Positions 45,111 to 52,371 of a DNA stretch of 64,000 bases are shown piece by piece; position 1 is the stretch's first letter; each line of letters starts with the position of its first letter. This stretch comes from Bdellovibrionia bacterium. Lineage in GTDB: Bacteria; Bdellovibrionota; Bdellovibrionia; Bdellovibrionales; JAGQZY01. The DNA lies in contig JAUHWH010000003.1 in NCBI GenBank assembly GCA_030424715.1, forward strand, positions 4,148 to 68,147. The letters run 5' to 3'. Under the pieces are notes generated by a model that had not been told where the DNA came from, made no database searches, and saw only the letters and a list, made by a program, of their open reading frames with translations. A program made the position numbers and the translations under genes.

Positions 45111-45874
45111 TGAAGATTTTATGGATGATCTTTTTGTTATGTTTCGCTATTGGCTGTGGGCGCCATGAGCAAACACTCAATCGTATCGGCGCCAAAGAAG
45201 ACGTCAAGGCGGCCGGAGAAACTGACAAAACTCTAGTGCTCATTAATGCTGTTAATTCCGGGGACCTGCAAGCCGTGCAAGACGCCGTTCGAGACGGAGC
45301 CAGTCTGGATGTTCGCAACAACGAGGGCTTGACCTTGATCATGGTGGCCATTCGAGCCGAACAGTTTGCTATTATCGAGTATTTGGTCGGTCAGGGTGTG
45401 AGTCTCGATATGACCACCCAAAGTGAAGCCTTTAACCCGGATCTCGACGCGCGCCAGTTTTTGGCTTCGCAGAACTTGGATGAAGAGTTAAAGAGTATTT
45501 TATCTGATTTGCTAAACAAGGAAGCCTTCGACGTGGAAAAGCTGGGAGCTTTTATGTACTCCGCCATCACGTTCAAAAATGTAGACTTGGTCCGGTGGTT
45601 ATTAGGTAAGGGGGTAAGTCCCAATTTTATCCGAAAAACCTCCAGCGGCCGAGACAAAGACTCTCCTTTGATTTACTTGTTTACCCTAAAGGGTGTTGAA
45701 GGCGAAAGCTTCACGAAGCTGCAAGAAATCTTTCAACTTTTTGTCAGTCAACCCGGGGTCGATGTGACCCAAAAAGTGGGACGCAACACAGTTCTCAAAA
45801 AAGCAGAAAGTCGACTGCGGCAAGATCCGAAATACCAGGGTATGGTCGACACTCTGATCGCCATGGGCGCTTGA
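45110..45874 (+). CDS. ankyrin-repeat lipoprotein
   Basis: MKILWMIFLLCFAIGCG contains a lipobox Cys. ANK repeats include LINAVNSGDLQAVQDAVRDGASLDVRNNEGLTLIMVAIRAEQFAIIEYLVGQGVSLD. The ATG overlaps the receptor stop by 1 nt (TAATG). Confidence 0.75.
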   Translation: MKILWMIFLLCFAIGCGRHEQTLNRIGAKEDVKAAGETDKTLVLINAVNSGDLQAVQDAVRDGASLDVRNNEGLTLIMVAIRAEQFAIIEYLVGQGVSLDMTTQSEAFNPDLDARQFLASQNLDEELKSILSDLLNKEAFDVEKLGAFMYSAITFKNVDLVRWLLGKGVSPNFIRKTSSGRDKDSPLIYLFTLKGVEGESFTKLQEIFQLFVSQPGVDVTQKVGRNTVLKKAESRLRQDPKYQGMVDTLIAMGA

Positions 45875-45891
45875 GAGCGCCTTGTTGTTTT
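45866..45891 (+). terminator. rho-independent terminator closing the TonB2-type locus
   Basis: GGCGCT (45866..45871) pairs with AGCGCC (45876..45881) around a TGAG loop, followed by TTGTTGTTTT. It overlaps the stop codon. Confidence 0.5.
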
Positions 45892-45896
45892 AGGTT

Positions 45897-46421
45897 TTAA
45901 GGCTGCGGATTGGCTTGCTGTGCGCTGACAGCACCGCTGGGTAAATGATCGAGAGGGTTCAGCGCAAATTTGTTTTTGCGAATCTCAAAATGCAGATGCA
46001 CACCGGTGGCGCGGCCCGATTCTCCCATAAGTCCCAAGAGATCGCCTTTTTTCACAATATCACCACGGTTTACCTTGTAACGACTTAGGTGAGCGTAGTA
46101 GCTCTTGTAGGCTTTGTTAAGATGGGTGACCACCACAAGACGGCCGTAGCCGGTCTTGCCGTGCCCGGCATAGGTCACGCGGCCGTGATCGATGGCATAA
46201 ATCGGAGTGCCTTTCGGAGCTGCCAGATCAATACCCTGGTGACGTCGTCGGTAGGGGCTTCTTTTCTTTGGGCGAAATTTTTGGGTGATGACAGCGCCGT
46301 GGACGGGCCACTGGAACTCCGGATCTTCGTTGAAGTCTGTGTCTCCAACATCAAGACTGTGGCGAGTGGCGCAACCAGTAAACAGAGCGACCAAAAGAGT
46401 CGAAAGAACGATTTTTGACAT
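45897..46421 (-). CDS. M23-family metallopeptidase lipoprotein
   Basis: LLVALFTGCA is a lipobox. Also contains HQGIDLAAPKGTPIYAIDHGRVTYAG and GESGRATGVHLHFEIR (HxxxD and HxH motifs). Confidence 0.85.
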   Translation of the reverse strand: MSKIVLSTLLVALFTGCATRHSLDVGDTDFNEDPEFQWPVHGAVITQKFRPKKRSPYRRRHQGIDLAAPKGTPIYAIDHGRVTYAGHGKTGYGRLVVVTHLNKAYKSYYAHLSRYKVNRGDIVKKGDLLGLMGESGRATGVHLHFEIRKNKFALNPLDHLPSGAVSAQQANPQP

Positions 46422-46550
46422 AGAAAAGGGTCTACCACCGCCCTCGGCGCGAGGAATTACGCAAAGCGTTAAATAGTAATTTATCGCTCAGAAACGGCCC
46501 ATATCCGCCTGTGTTTGATTTGAGTGAAAAGTAGAGCCGATTGTGGTCTC

Positions 46551-46581
46551 AAAAACCATCATTTGAAATCAAAGATTTCAA
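46551..46581 (-). terminator. possible terminator after the cNMP-binding gene
   Basis: An 8-bp AT-rich stem TTGAAATC/GATTTCAA lies at 46563..46581. On the minus strand it is followed 7 nt later by TTTTT. The stem is weak. Confidence 0.3.
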
Positions 46582-46600
46582 GGAGCGGCTGGCTCTCGGA

Positions 46601-47590
46601 TCAATCGGTGGTGAAAGCCTTCAAGGTAAAGACGAGATCCCAGTAGGGCACGATCTCTGAAATGTAGTCCACCTCGAACTCAATATAATCATTGGCGCCA
46701 TCTGAGGAATGGTCCCCCAGCATCCCAGTTTCAGAGAGTGATTTAATGACATCGATATCGATTTTTGAACCCATCTCTTTAAAAGACTTATTGACCAATT
46801 CGGTGACATTCAATTTTACGAAACCACGTTTATCAGGTTCGGCGAGCTCACCATAATGTTTGGCAACTTTCAGTGTTTTGAGCTGAAACTCATTGATGTT
46901 GTTCTTCTTCGCTTGCTCGGAAAAAAGCTGCTTGTTATAAAACTCCGTAAACCGAAAGATAAAGTCCACATCATGCATGATCAATCGAGTGCGACCCTCA
47001 CCCATGTCTTCGACTTGCATATAGCCAAGGTCAGAGAGGACTTCGCAGAGCTTGTTCATTTTATGGGTGGGTTGTTGGAACACCTGGATGGTGAAGTTTC
47101 TTAAAACACCGGCCGGCACTTGGAAGCCTTCTTCGGTGTCTTCGCCGTAACGATAGGCTACGAAGCCGAGGATCGACATGAGCTTGGTGATTATGTGGGA
47201 AGGAAAGACTTCTTTTTCTTCTTCTTTAGTTTTTTCTAATTGCCGAATACGGATGTTCGCTCTTCTGAGGTGACCGTTGATGGCTTTTACAATGGACTTG
47301 ACCCAAGTCGGCAGGGTTGCCCATTGTTGTTCTAAATTGATAAAGGGGAGTTCAATGACCTCGGTACCGTCCATTGAAGCACAAGCGCCGGCGCTTCTTG
47401 GGGCTTTGTCAAAAAAAGCCATTTCACCTAAAAGATCGCCGGTTTTGAGTTCGGCCAGTGTGATATTGGTGTTGCCCTTTTTTTTAGTGATCGCTAGTCG
47501 GCCTTTTTTGATGACGTACATCGCGTCGGGAGTGTCACCCTCAAAGAAAAGGTCTTGTCCCTTTTTCAAATTTATAATTTTGTTCGCCAT
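46601..47590 (-). CDS. cyclic nucleotide-binding domain protein with an uncharacterised C-terminal domain
   Basis: The N-terminus reads LKKGQDLFFEGDTPDAMYVIKKGRLAITKKKGNTNITLAELKTGDLLGEMAFFDKAPRSAGA (a CAP/PKA-type cNMP-binding fold). The C-terminal ~200 aa are unassigned. I see no HTH. Confidence 0.7.
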   Translation of the reverse strand: MANKIINLKKGQDLFFEGDTPDAMYVIKKGRLAITKKKGNTNITLAELKTGDLLGEMAFFDKAPRSAGACASMDGTEVIELPFINLEQQWATLPTWVKSIVKAINGHLRRANIRIRQLEKTKEEEKEVFPSHIITKLMSILGFVAYRYGEDTEEGFQVPAGVLRNFTIQVFQQPTHKMNKLCEVLSDLGYMQVEDMGEGRTRLIMHDVDFIFRFTEFYNKQLFSEQAKKNNINEFQLKTLKVAKHYGELAEPDKRGFVKLNVTELVNKSFKEMGSKIDIDVIKSLSETGMLGDHSSDGANDYIEFEVDYISEIVPYWDLVFTLKAFTTD

Positions 47591-47709
47591 TGCTGCCCCT
47601 AGAGATGTGCCACTGTTGTTTGAGACTCTATTATAGACATTCCCTTTGGTCTTGTCTTTGGCGCTTTCTATAATTACGACCCACGTCGGGGCCGAGGGTC
47701 AAAAATAAT

Positions 47710-48366
47710 TTACAACTGAATGGTGGGGATATCGCCATCAACTTTTACGGGAGCTCCTGTGGCCTTGACCACATCGTCAACGGAGACCCCAGGGGCCAGT
47801 TCTTTTAAAACGAAACCTTGATCGTTGAAACCAAAGACCCCGAAGTCCGTCACCACCAAGTCGATGCATTGCGTGCCGGTGAGAGGAAGGTTGCACTCTT
47901 TCAGCAACTTGGGATTGCCAGAACGATCCGTGTGTTGCATGGCAACCACGACACGCTTGGCACCAGCGACGAGATCCATAGCGCCTCCCATGCCTTTTAC
48001 CATTTTTCCGGGGACCATCCAGTTGGCAATGGAGCGACCGATGTCCACTTGCATGGCGCCTAAGACCGTTAGGTCCACATGACCCCCTCGAATCATGGCG
48101 AAACTCTCTGCCGACGAGAAAAACGAAGCTCCCGGCACGGCGGTGACCGTTTGTTTGCCAGCGTTGATTAGGTCGGGGTCGATGGTTTCTTCTGTTGGGA
48201 AAGGGCCAAGACCTAGTAAGCCATTTTCACTCTGTAACATAACATCTTTGTTCTCAGGTATAAAATTGGCGACCAGGGTCGGGATACCGATCCCGAGGTT
48301 AACCACAAATCCGTCTTCGATCTCTTGTGAAATTCTTTGGGCCAACTGGTCTCTAGACAATGGCAT
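47710..48366 (-). CDS. scoB: 3-oxoacid CoA-transferase subunit B
   Basis: Contains GIGIPTLVANFIPE...LQSENGLLGLGP (catalytic SENG), followed by GGAMDLV. Confidence 0.9.
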   Translation of the reverse strand: MPLSRDQLAQRISQEIEDGFVVNLGIGIPTLVANFIPENKDVMLQSENGLLGLGPFPTEETIDPDLINAGKQTVTAVPGASFFSSAESFAMIRGGHVDLTVLGAMQVDIGRSIANWMVPGKMVKGMGGAMDLVAGAKRVVVAMQHTDRSGNPKLLKECNLPLTGTQCIDLVVTDFGVFGFNDQGFVLKELAPGVSVDDVVKATGAPVKVDGDIPTIQL

Positions 48367-49067
48367 TAGGACTCCGATCTTGTGGTTCGTTGTTCGATTC
48401 TTTTTTCGTACTTCGGGCCTTTGAGAACTCTTTGTACGTATATTCCGGGAGTGTGGATATGATCCGGGTCAAGTTCGCCGTAGTCCACGATCTCTTCAAC
48501 CTCGGCGACGGTGATTTTTCCGGCCGTTGCCATCATAGGATTAAAGTTGCGAGCGGTTTTGCGAAACACCAGGTTACCGAAAGGGTCGGCTTTCCAAGCT
48601 TTCACAAAAGCAAAGTCTCCCACAATGCCTCTTTCCATCACGTAATGACGGCCGTCGAATTCACGAGTCTCTTTGCCATCGGCGACAACGGTGCCATAGC
48701 CCGTCGGCGTGAAAAAGGCGGGGATCCCTGCGCCACCGGCTCGTAGGCGTTCCGCTAATGTCCCTTGGGGCGTGAGTTCCACCTCGAGCTCTTCTGACAA
48801 GTACTGTCTTTCAAACTCTTTGTTTTCTCCCACGTACGAGGAGATCATTTTGCGAATCTGTTTGGTTTGTAACAACAGGCCGAGTCCAAAATCATCAACC
48901 CCGGCGTTGTTTGAAACACAGGTGAGGTTTTTCACCCCAGAGTCTCGCAGGGCAATGATCAAGTTTTCGGGGAGACCGCAAAGTCCAAAGCCTCCGGTCA
49001 GAATAGTCATGTTATCGGCAACACCCTTGATGGCCTCTGTCGCCGAGTCGACCACTTTATTAATCAT
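48366..49067 (-). CDS. scoA: 3-oxoacid CoA-transferase subunit A
   Basis: Contains [18 protein letters not shown]...[16 protein letters not shown]...[26 protein letters not shown]. Its stop overlaps the scoB start by 1 nt. Confidence 0.9.
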   Translation of the reverse strand: MINKVVDSATEAIKGVADNMTILTGGFGLCGLPENLIIALRDSGVKNLTCVSNNAGVDDFGLGLLLQTKQIRKMISSYVGENKEFERQYLSEELEVELTPQGTLAERLRAGGAGIPAFFTPTGYGTVVADGKETREFDGRHYVMERGIVGDFAFVKAWKADPFGNLVFRKTARNFNPMMATAGKITVAEVEEIVDYGELDPDHIHTPGIYVQRVLKGPKYEKRIEQRTTRSES

Positions 49068-50239
49068 AAGTTCTCCACAATAATGGCGACAGCTTCACCG
49101 CCGCCAATACAGATTGAGGCCATACCATATTTCTTGTTATGGGTTTTCAAGGCGTGAAGGAGAGTCGTGAAAATTCGAGCGCCACTGCCGCCAATAGGGT
49201 GCCCGAGAGCCACGGCGCCGCCGTGCACGTTCACTTTTTCTCGTGGGATGGAGAGTTCTTTCATAGCTGTCATGGTGACGACTGCAAAAGCCTCGTTGAT
49301 TTCAAAAAGATCAATATCGTCCATTTTAATGCCGGTGGTTTCGCAAACTTTTTTCATAGCGCCGACAGGAGCTGTGGTGAACCACTTTGGGTCCTGGGCA
49401 AAGCTGGCCTGTCCGACGATTCGAGCGATGGGCTTTAAACCTTTGGCTTTGACGTGCTTTTCACTGGCCAAAACCAAAGCGGCCGCACCGTCATTGATCT
49501 TAGAGGCGTTGGCCGCCGTGATTGTCCCTTCTTTGTCAAAAGCGGGGCGCAGACCGGGCATTTTATCGAACATCACTTTTTTGGGCTCTTCATCTTCGGT
49601 AAAAGTGGTGCTGCCCTTTCGTGACTTCACCTCAACGGGACTGATCTCGTTTTTGAAGGCGCCAGACTCTTGCGCTTTAATGGCCCACTCGTAGCTTTCT
49701 TTTGAAAACTGATCTTGCTCTTCGCGAGAAAACCCGTGCTCTTTCACGCAGAGCTCAGCGGCCATACCCATGTGAAAGTCGTTATAAGGGTCCCACAATC
49801 CATCTTTGATCATTGAGTCTGTGGATGTCACATGACCCATGCGGTAGCCGGAACGAGATTTTTCTAGAAGGTGAGGGGCCAATGTCATATTTTCTTGTCC
49901 CCCAGCCACAACGACTTCGGACTCACCGAGGCGAATGCTGTCGTTGGCGAGCATCACTGATTTTAGACCAGAGCCGCACACTTTATTGATAGTGAGGCAG
50001 GCGACACTTGTAGGAAGTCCGGCATAGATAGAGGCCTGACGGGCAGGAGCCTGGCCGGCACCAGCCGTTAACACTTGGCCAAAGATGACCTCGTTGACGT
50101 CTTCTTTAGCGACACCAGAAGCATCGATGGCAGCAGCAATAGCGTTGGCACCCAACTGTGGCGCAGCGGTGGTCGAAAACTGACCTTGAAAACTTCCGAT
50201 GGGTGTTCGCTTTGCGCTTAAAATATAGGCATGTTCCAT
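49064..50239 (-). CDS. acetyl-CoA C-acetyltransferase (thiolase II)
   Basis: Contains [31 protein letters not shown] (active-site Cys), [20 protein letters not shown] and [13 protein letters not shown] 50239 is preceded by AAGGAG. Confidence 0.9.
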   Translation of the reverse strand: MEHAYILSAKRTPIGSFQGQFSTTAAPQLGANAIAAAIDASGVAKEDVNEVIFGQVLTAGAGQAPARQASIYAGLPTSVACLTINKVCGSGLKSVMLANDSIRLGESEVVVAGGQENMTLAPHLLEKSRSGYRMGHVTSTDSMIKDGLWDPYNDFHMGMAAELCVKEHGFSREEQDQFSKESYEWAIKAQESGAFKNEISPVEVKSRKGSTTFTEDEEPKKVMFDKMPGLRPAFDKEGTITAANASKINDGAAALVLASEKHVKAKGLKPIARIVGQASFAQDPKWFTTAPVGAMKKVCETTGIKMDDIDLFEINEAFAVVTMTAMKELSIPREKVNVHGGAVALGHPIGGSGARIFTTLLHALKTHNKKYGMASICIGGGEAVAIIVENL

Positions 50240-50406
50240 ATGATCTCCTTTGGGAATCCCCACAAATGAATGGCTAACAATAAAGAGACAATCCTTTGTA
50301 AAGTCAACTCATGACCGGTTCCGAACAGTGTTGACGAGCCGTGATAAAGTGCTGTGACTCTAGGGCTTTACTGACATAGTATAAAGTCTTGATCAAAGGG
50401 GGTTCT

Positions 50407-51402
50407 GTGCGTTCTATGCTTCTTTTTATATTCAGTCTTGTGATCGGGACTCTGGCCCATGCCCAGCGTTTTACTCCGGTGGTGCAGCCCATAGGTACGG
50501 CCGAAAAAATTGTCGTTAAGGGCTTCAAAGGAAACTTACAACTCGTATCCACCGAGTCGGGCACATTGAAGGTCGAAGCTGAAAACAAGGGGCCCGCTGG
50601 CAATGGTTGGACTTTTGAGGTCAGTCAGAACCAAAACTCCATAGAAATTCGACTGAAATCAGGTTCGGCGCAACAGGGATGGGATCAAGTTCGCAGTAAA
50701 ACAGATGTCCCCAGCTTTGATATGAAGATAACCGCTCCTCGCAAGGCGATTGAAATTTTCTGGAATGAGGGACAGGTTTTAGCGGAGTCGTGGAAGTCCG
50801 ATCTGAATTTGCAAATGACCACTGGAAACGCCAAAATCACCAAGGGAGAGGGCGATCTGCAGGTGCAACTGTTGACGGGCCGCCTCGAGATCAGTGAGCA
50901 CCTCGGCAATATCTCTCTACAAACATTTAAGGGGCAGACCCTAATCTCAAAAACCAATGGGGCCCTTTCTATCAATAATCATTCAGCCCGCTGCCAGTTC
51001 AATGAGCACGAAGGACCTCTAGAAATTCGGAACCATAGTGGTTCGACCACCCTGGCCCAAATTAAAGGCAATGTGACTGTGAAAAATGTCAGCGGCGCGG
51101 TGAGTTTGAGTGATTTTGAGGGGAGTTTTTCTGGAGATTTTTCCAAAGGGGCTCTCGATGCAAAAGTGACGCGGCTGCAGAATTTTAGTGTGAACAGTGG
51201 AGACGCGACCGTCACCCTGGACGCTCCCAAAGACTCCGGGGCCATCGTCAGCCTGCGGACCGAAAAGGGCAAGCTGTGGGCTCCCTTATTCCTGCAGAGG
51301 CTTAAAAAAGGTCGCTGGCAAGAGAGAAAAGGTCGCTTAAAAGGCAAAGAACAAGGCAATATCAAAATCATTTCCAAGTACGGCGATATTGTGCTTAAAT
51401 AG
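50407..51402 (+). CDS. DUF4097-like beta-helical putative adhesin/lipoprotein
   Basis: It has a signal peptide. Units of the type GNISLQTFKGQTLISKTNGALSINNHSARCQF / GPLEIRNHSGSTTLAQIKGNVTVKNVSGAVSLSDFEG are repeated. The choice of start among 50389, 50407 and 50416 is uncertain. Confidence 0.55.
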   Translation: MRSMLLFIFSLVIGTLAHAQRFTPVVQPIGTAEKIVVKGFKGNLQLVSTESGTLKVEAENKGPAGNGWTFEVSQNQNSIEIRLKSGSAQQGWDQVRSKTDVPSFDMKITAPRKAIEIFWNEGQVLAESWKSDLNLQMTTGNAKITKGEGDLQVQLLTGRLEISEHLGNISLQTFKGQTLISKTNGALSINNHSARCQFNEHEGPLEIRNHSGSTTLAQIKGNVTVKNVSGAVSLSDFEGSFSGDFSKGALDAKVTRLQNFSVNSGDATVTLDAPKDSGAIVSLRTEKGKLWAPLFLQRLKKGRWQERKGRLKGKEQGNIKIISKYGDIVLK

Positions 51403-51447
51403 CCCGGTTTTCGAAAAAGACTTTTGGACCCAGGCAGAAGAGGACAC

Positions 51448-52296
51448 ATGGCTAAAAAGAAAAAGAAAAAAGTAGCAAAAAAAGCAGTCAAAAAAGCGAC
51501 CAAAAAGGCGGCTAAAAAGAAGACAGCTAAAAAAACTGCCAAAAAAGCGACCAAAAAGGCGTCGAAGAAGGCCGCTAAAAAAGTGGCTAAAAAGAAGGTC
51601 ACGAAAAAAACAGCGAAAAAGAAAACCGCCAAAAAAGCGGCTAAGAAAAAAGTGACCAAAAAGGTCGCGACAAAGGCGGCTAAAAAAGCGGCTAAAAAGA
51701 CCACAAAAAAGGTCGCGAAAAAAGCCACTAAGAAGGCTGCCCCTAAAAGAGTGGAAAAAAAGAAAGTTGCTAAAAAAGCGGCGCCGACAAAGTTAGTCGA
51801 AAAAGTAGGGAAGCAGGCCGATAAACTTGAAAAACCGGCACCGACGGCGGCTCCCGTCAAAAAAACGAAAAAAGAAAAAGCGCCAGCCAAAGTGGCCAAG
51901 CAAATTAAAATTGAGCAAGACATCATCCTCACAGATGCCGAAGGGCGCGTGCTCTGCCGTATCCGCGACTGCGATCAGCCCTCTGTTGTTGAGGCATACT
52001 GTCGCTACCATTATCTACTGTATTGGAAGAAGATTCAAATTCGTCGCAAGATTCTATCAGAGGGAAAACTCGAGAAGTACATTGAAGAACTCACTTCAAG
52101 GTATCCGAATAAGTACTTGGATTTAATCAAGAGAGACCTCAGCACCGAGTCTGACTTCTTGCATGCCATTCAAGAGCTGGAAATTGATGAATCTTCAGGT
52201 GAAGATGATAACCGTGACTACGATGAAGAGCGTAGCTTTATCGAAGAAGTTCGCGGAGTCAGTGACAGTTCCGACCGAGACGAGAACGAGTACTAG
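51448..52296 (+). CDS. histone H1-like Lys/Ala-rich protein with a CX4CX9CX2H motif and an acidic C-terminal tail
   Basis: It begins MAKKKKKKVAKKAVKKATKKAAKKK and continues with ~150 aa of KKAxKK repeats. LCRIRDCDQPSVVEAYCRYHY follows at 51955..52011. The tail reads EIDESSGEDDNRDYDEERSFIEEVRGVSDSSDRDENEY. Confidence 0.7.
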   Translation: MAKKKKKKVAKKAVKKATKKAAKKKTAKKTAKKATKKASKKAAKKVAKKKVTKKTAKKKTAKKAAKKKVTKKVATKAAKKAAKKTTKKVAKKATKKAAPKRVEKKKVAKKAAPTKLVEKVGKQADKLEKPAPTAAPVKKTKKEKAPAKVAKQIKIEQDIILTDAEGRVLCRIRDCDQPSVVEAYCRYHYLLYWKKIQIRRKILSEGKLEKYIEELTSRYPNKYLDLIKRDLSTESDFLHAIQELEIDESSGEDDNRDYDEERSFIEEVRGVSDSSDRDENEY

Positions 52297-52371
52297 ATTC
52301 TAACAAAAAAAGACTAAGGCCTTCATTTTTCTCCTGGATCAGTGCATGATTATGATATCAGGAGAGTTTGA

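Noticed and set aside
49167-49694. Long antisense ORFs opposite well-supported genes (49167..49694, 48360..48746, 48709..49083, 14171..14746, 19990..20457, 21150..21563, 31635..32099, 36840..37337, 43353..43781, 44986..45351, 4796..5188)
   Set aside because: Each lies fully inside a gene with strong family motifs on the other strand. Their translations are low-complexity, Arg/Ser/Pro-rich and motif-free. This is typical of shadow ORFs.
50979-51932. 317-aa minus-strand ORF rich in F/L/A that looks like a polytopic membrane protein
   Set aside because: It is the reverse complement of the AAG/GCN-rich Lys/Ala repeat of the H1-like gene and of the 3' end of the DUF4097-like gene. Complementing Lys (AAA/AAG) codons gives Phe/Leu. 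It has no ribosome-binding site and spans two well-supported plus-strand genes.
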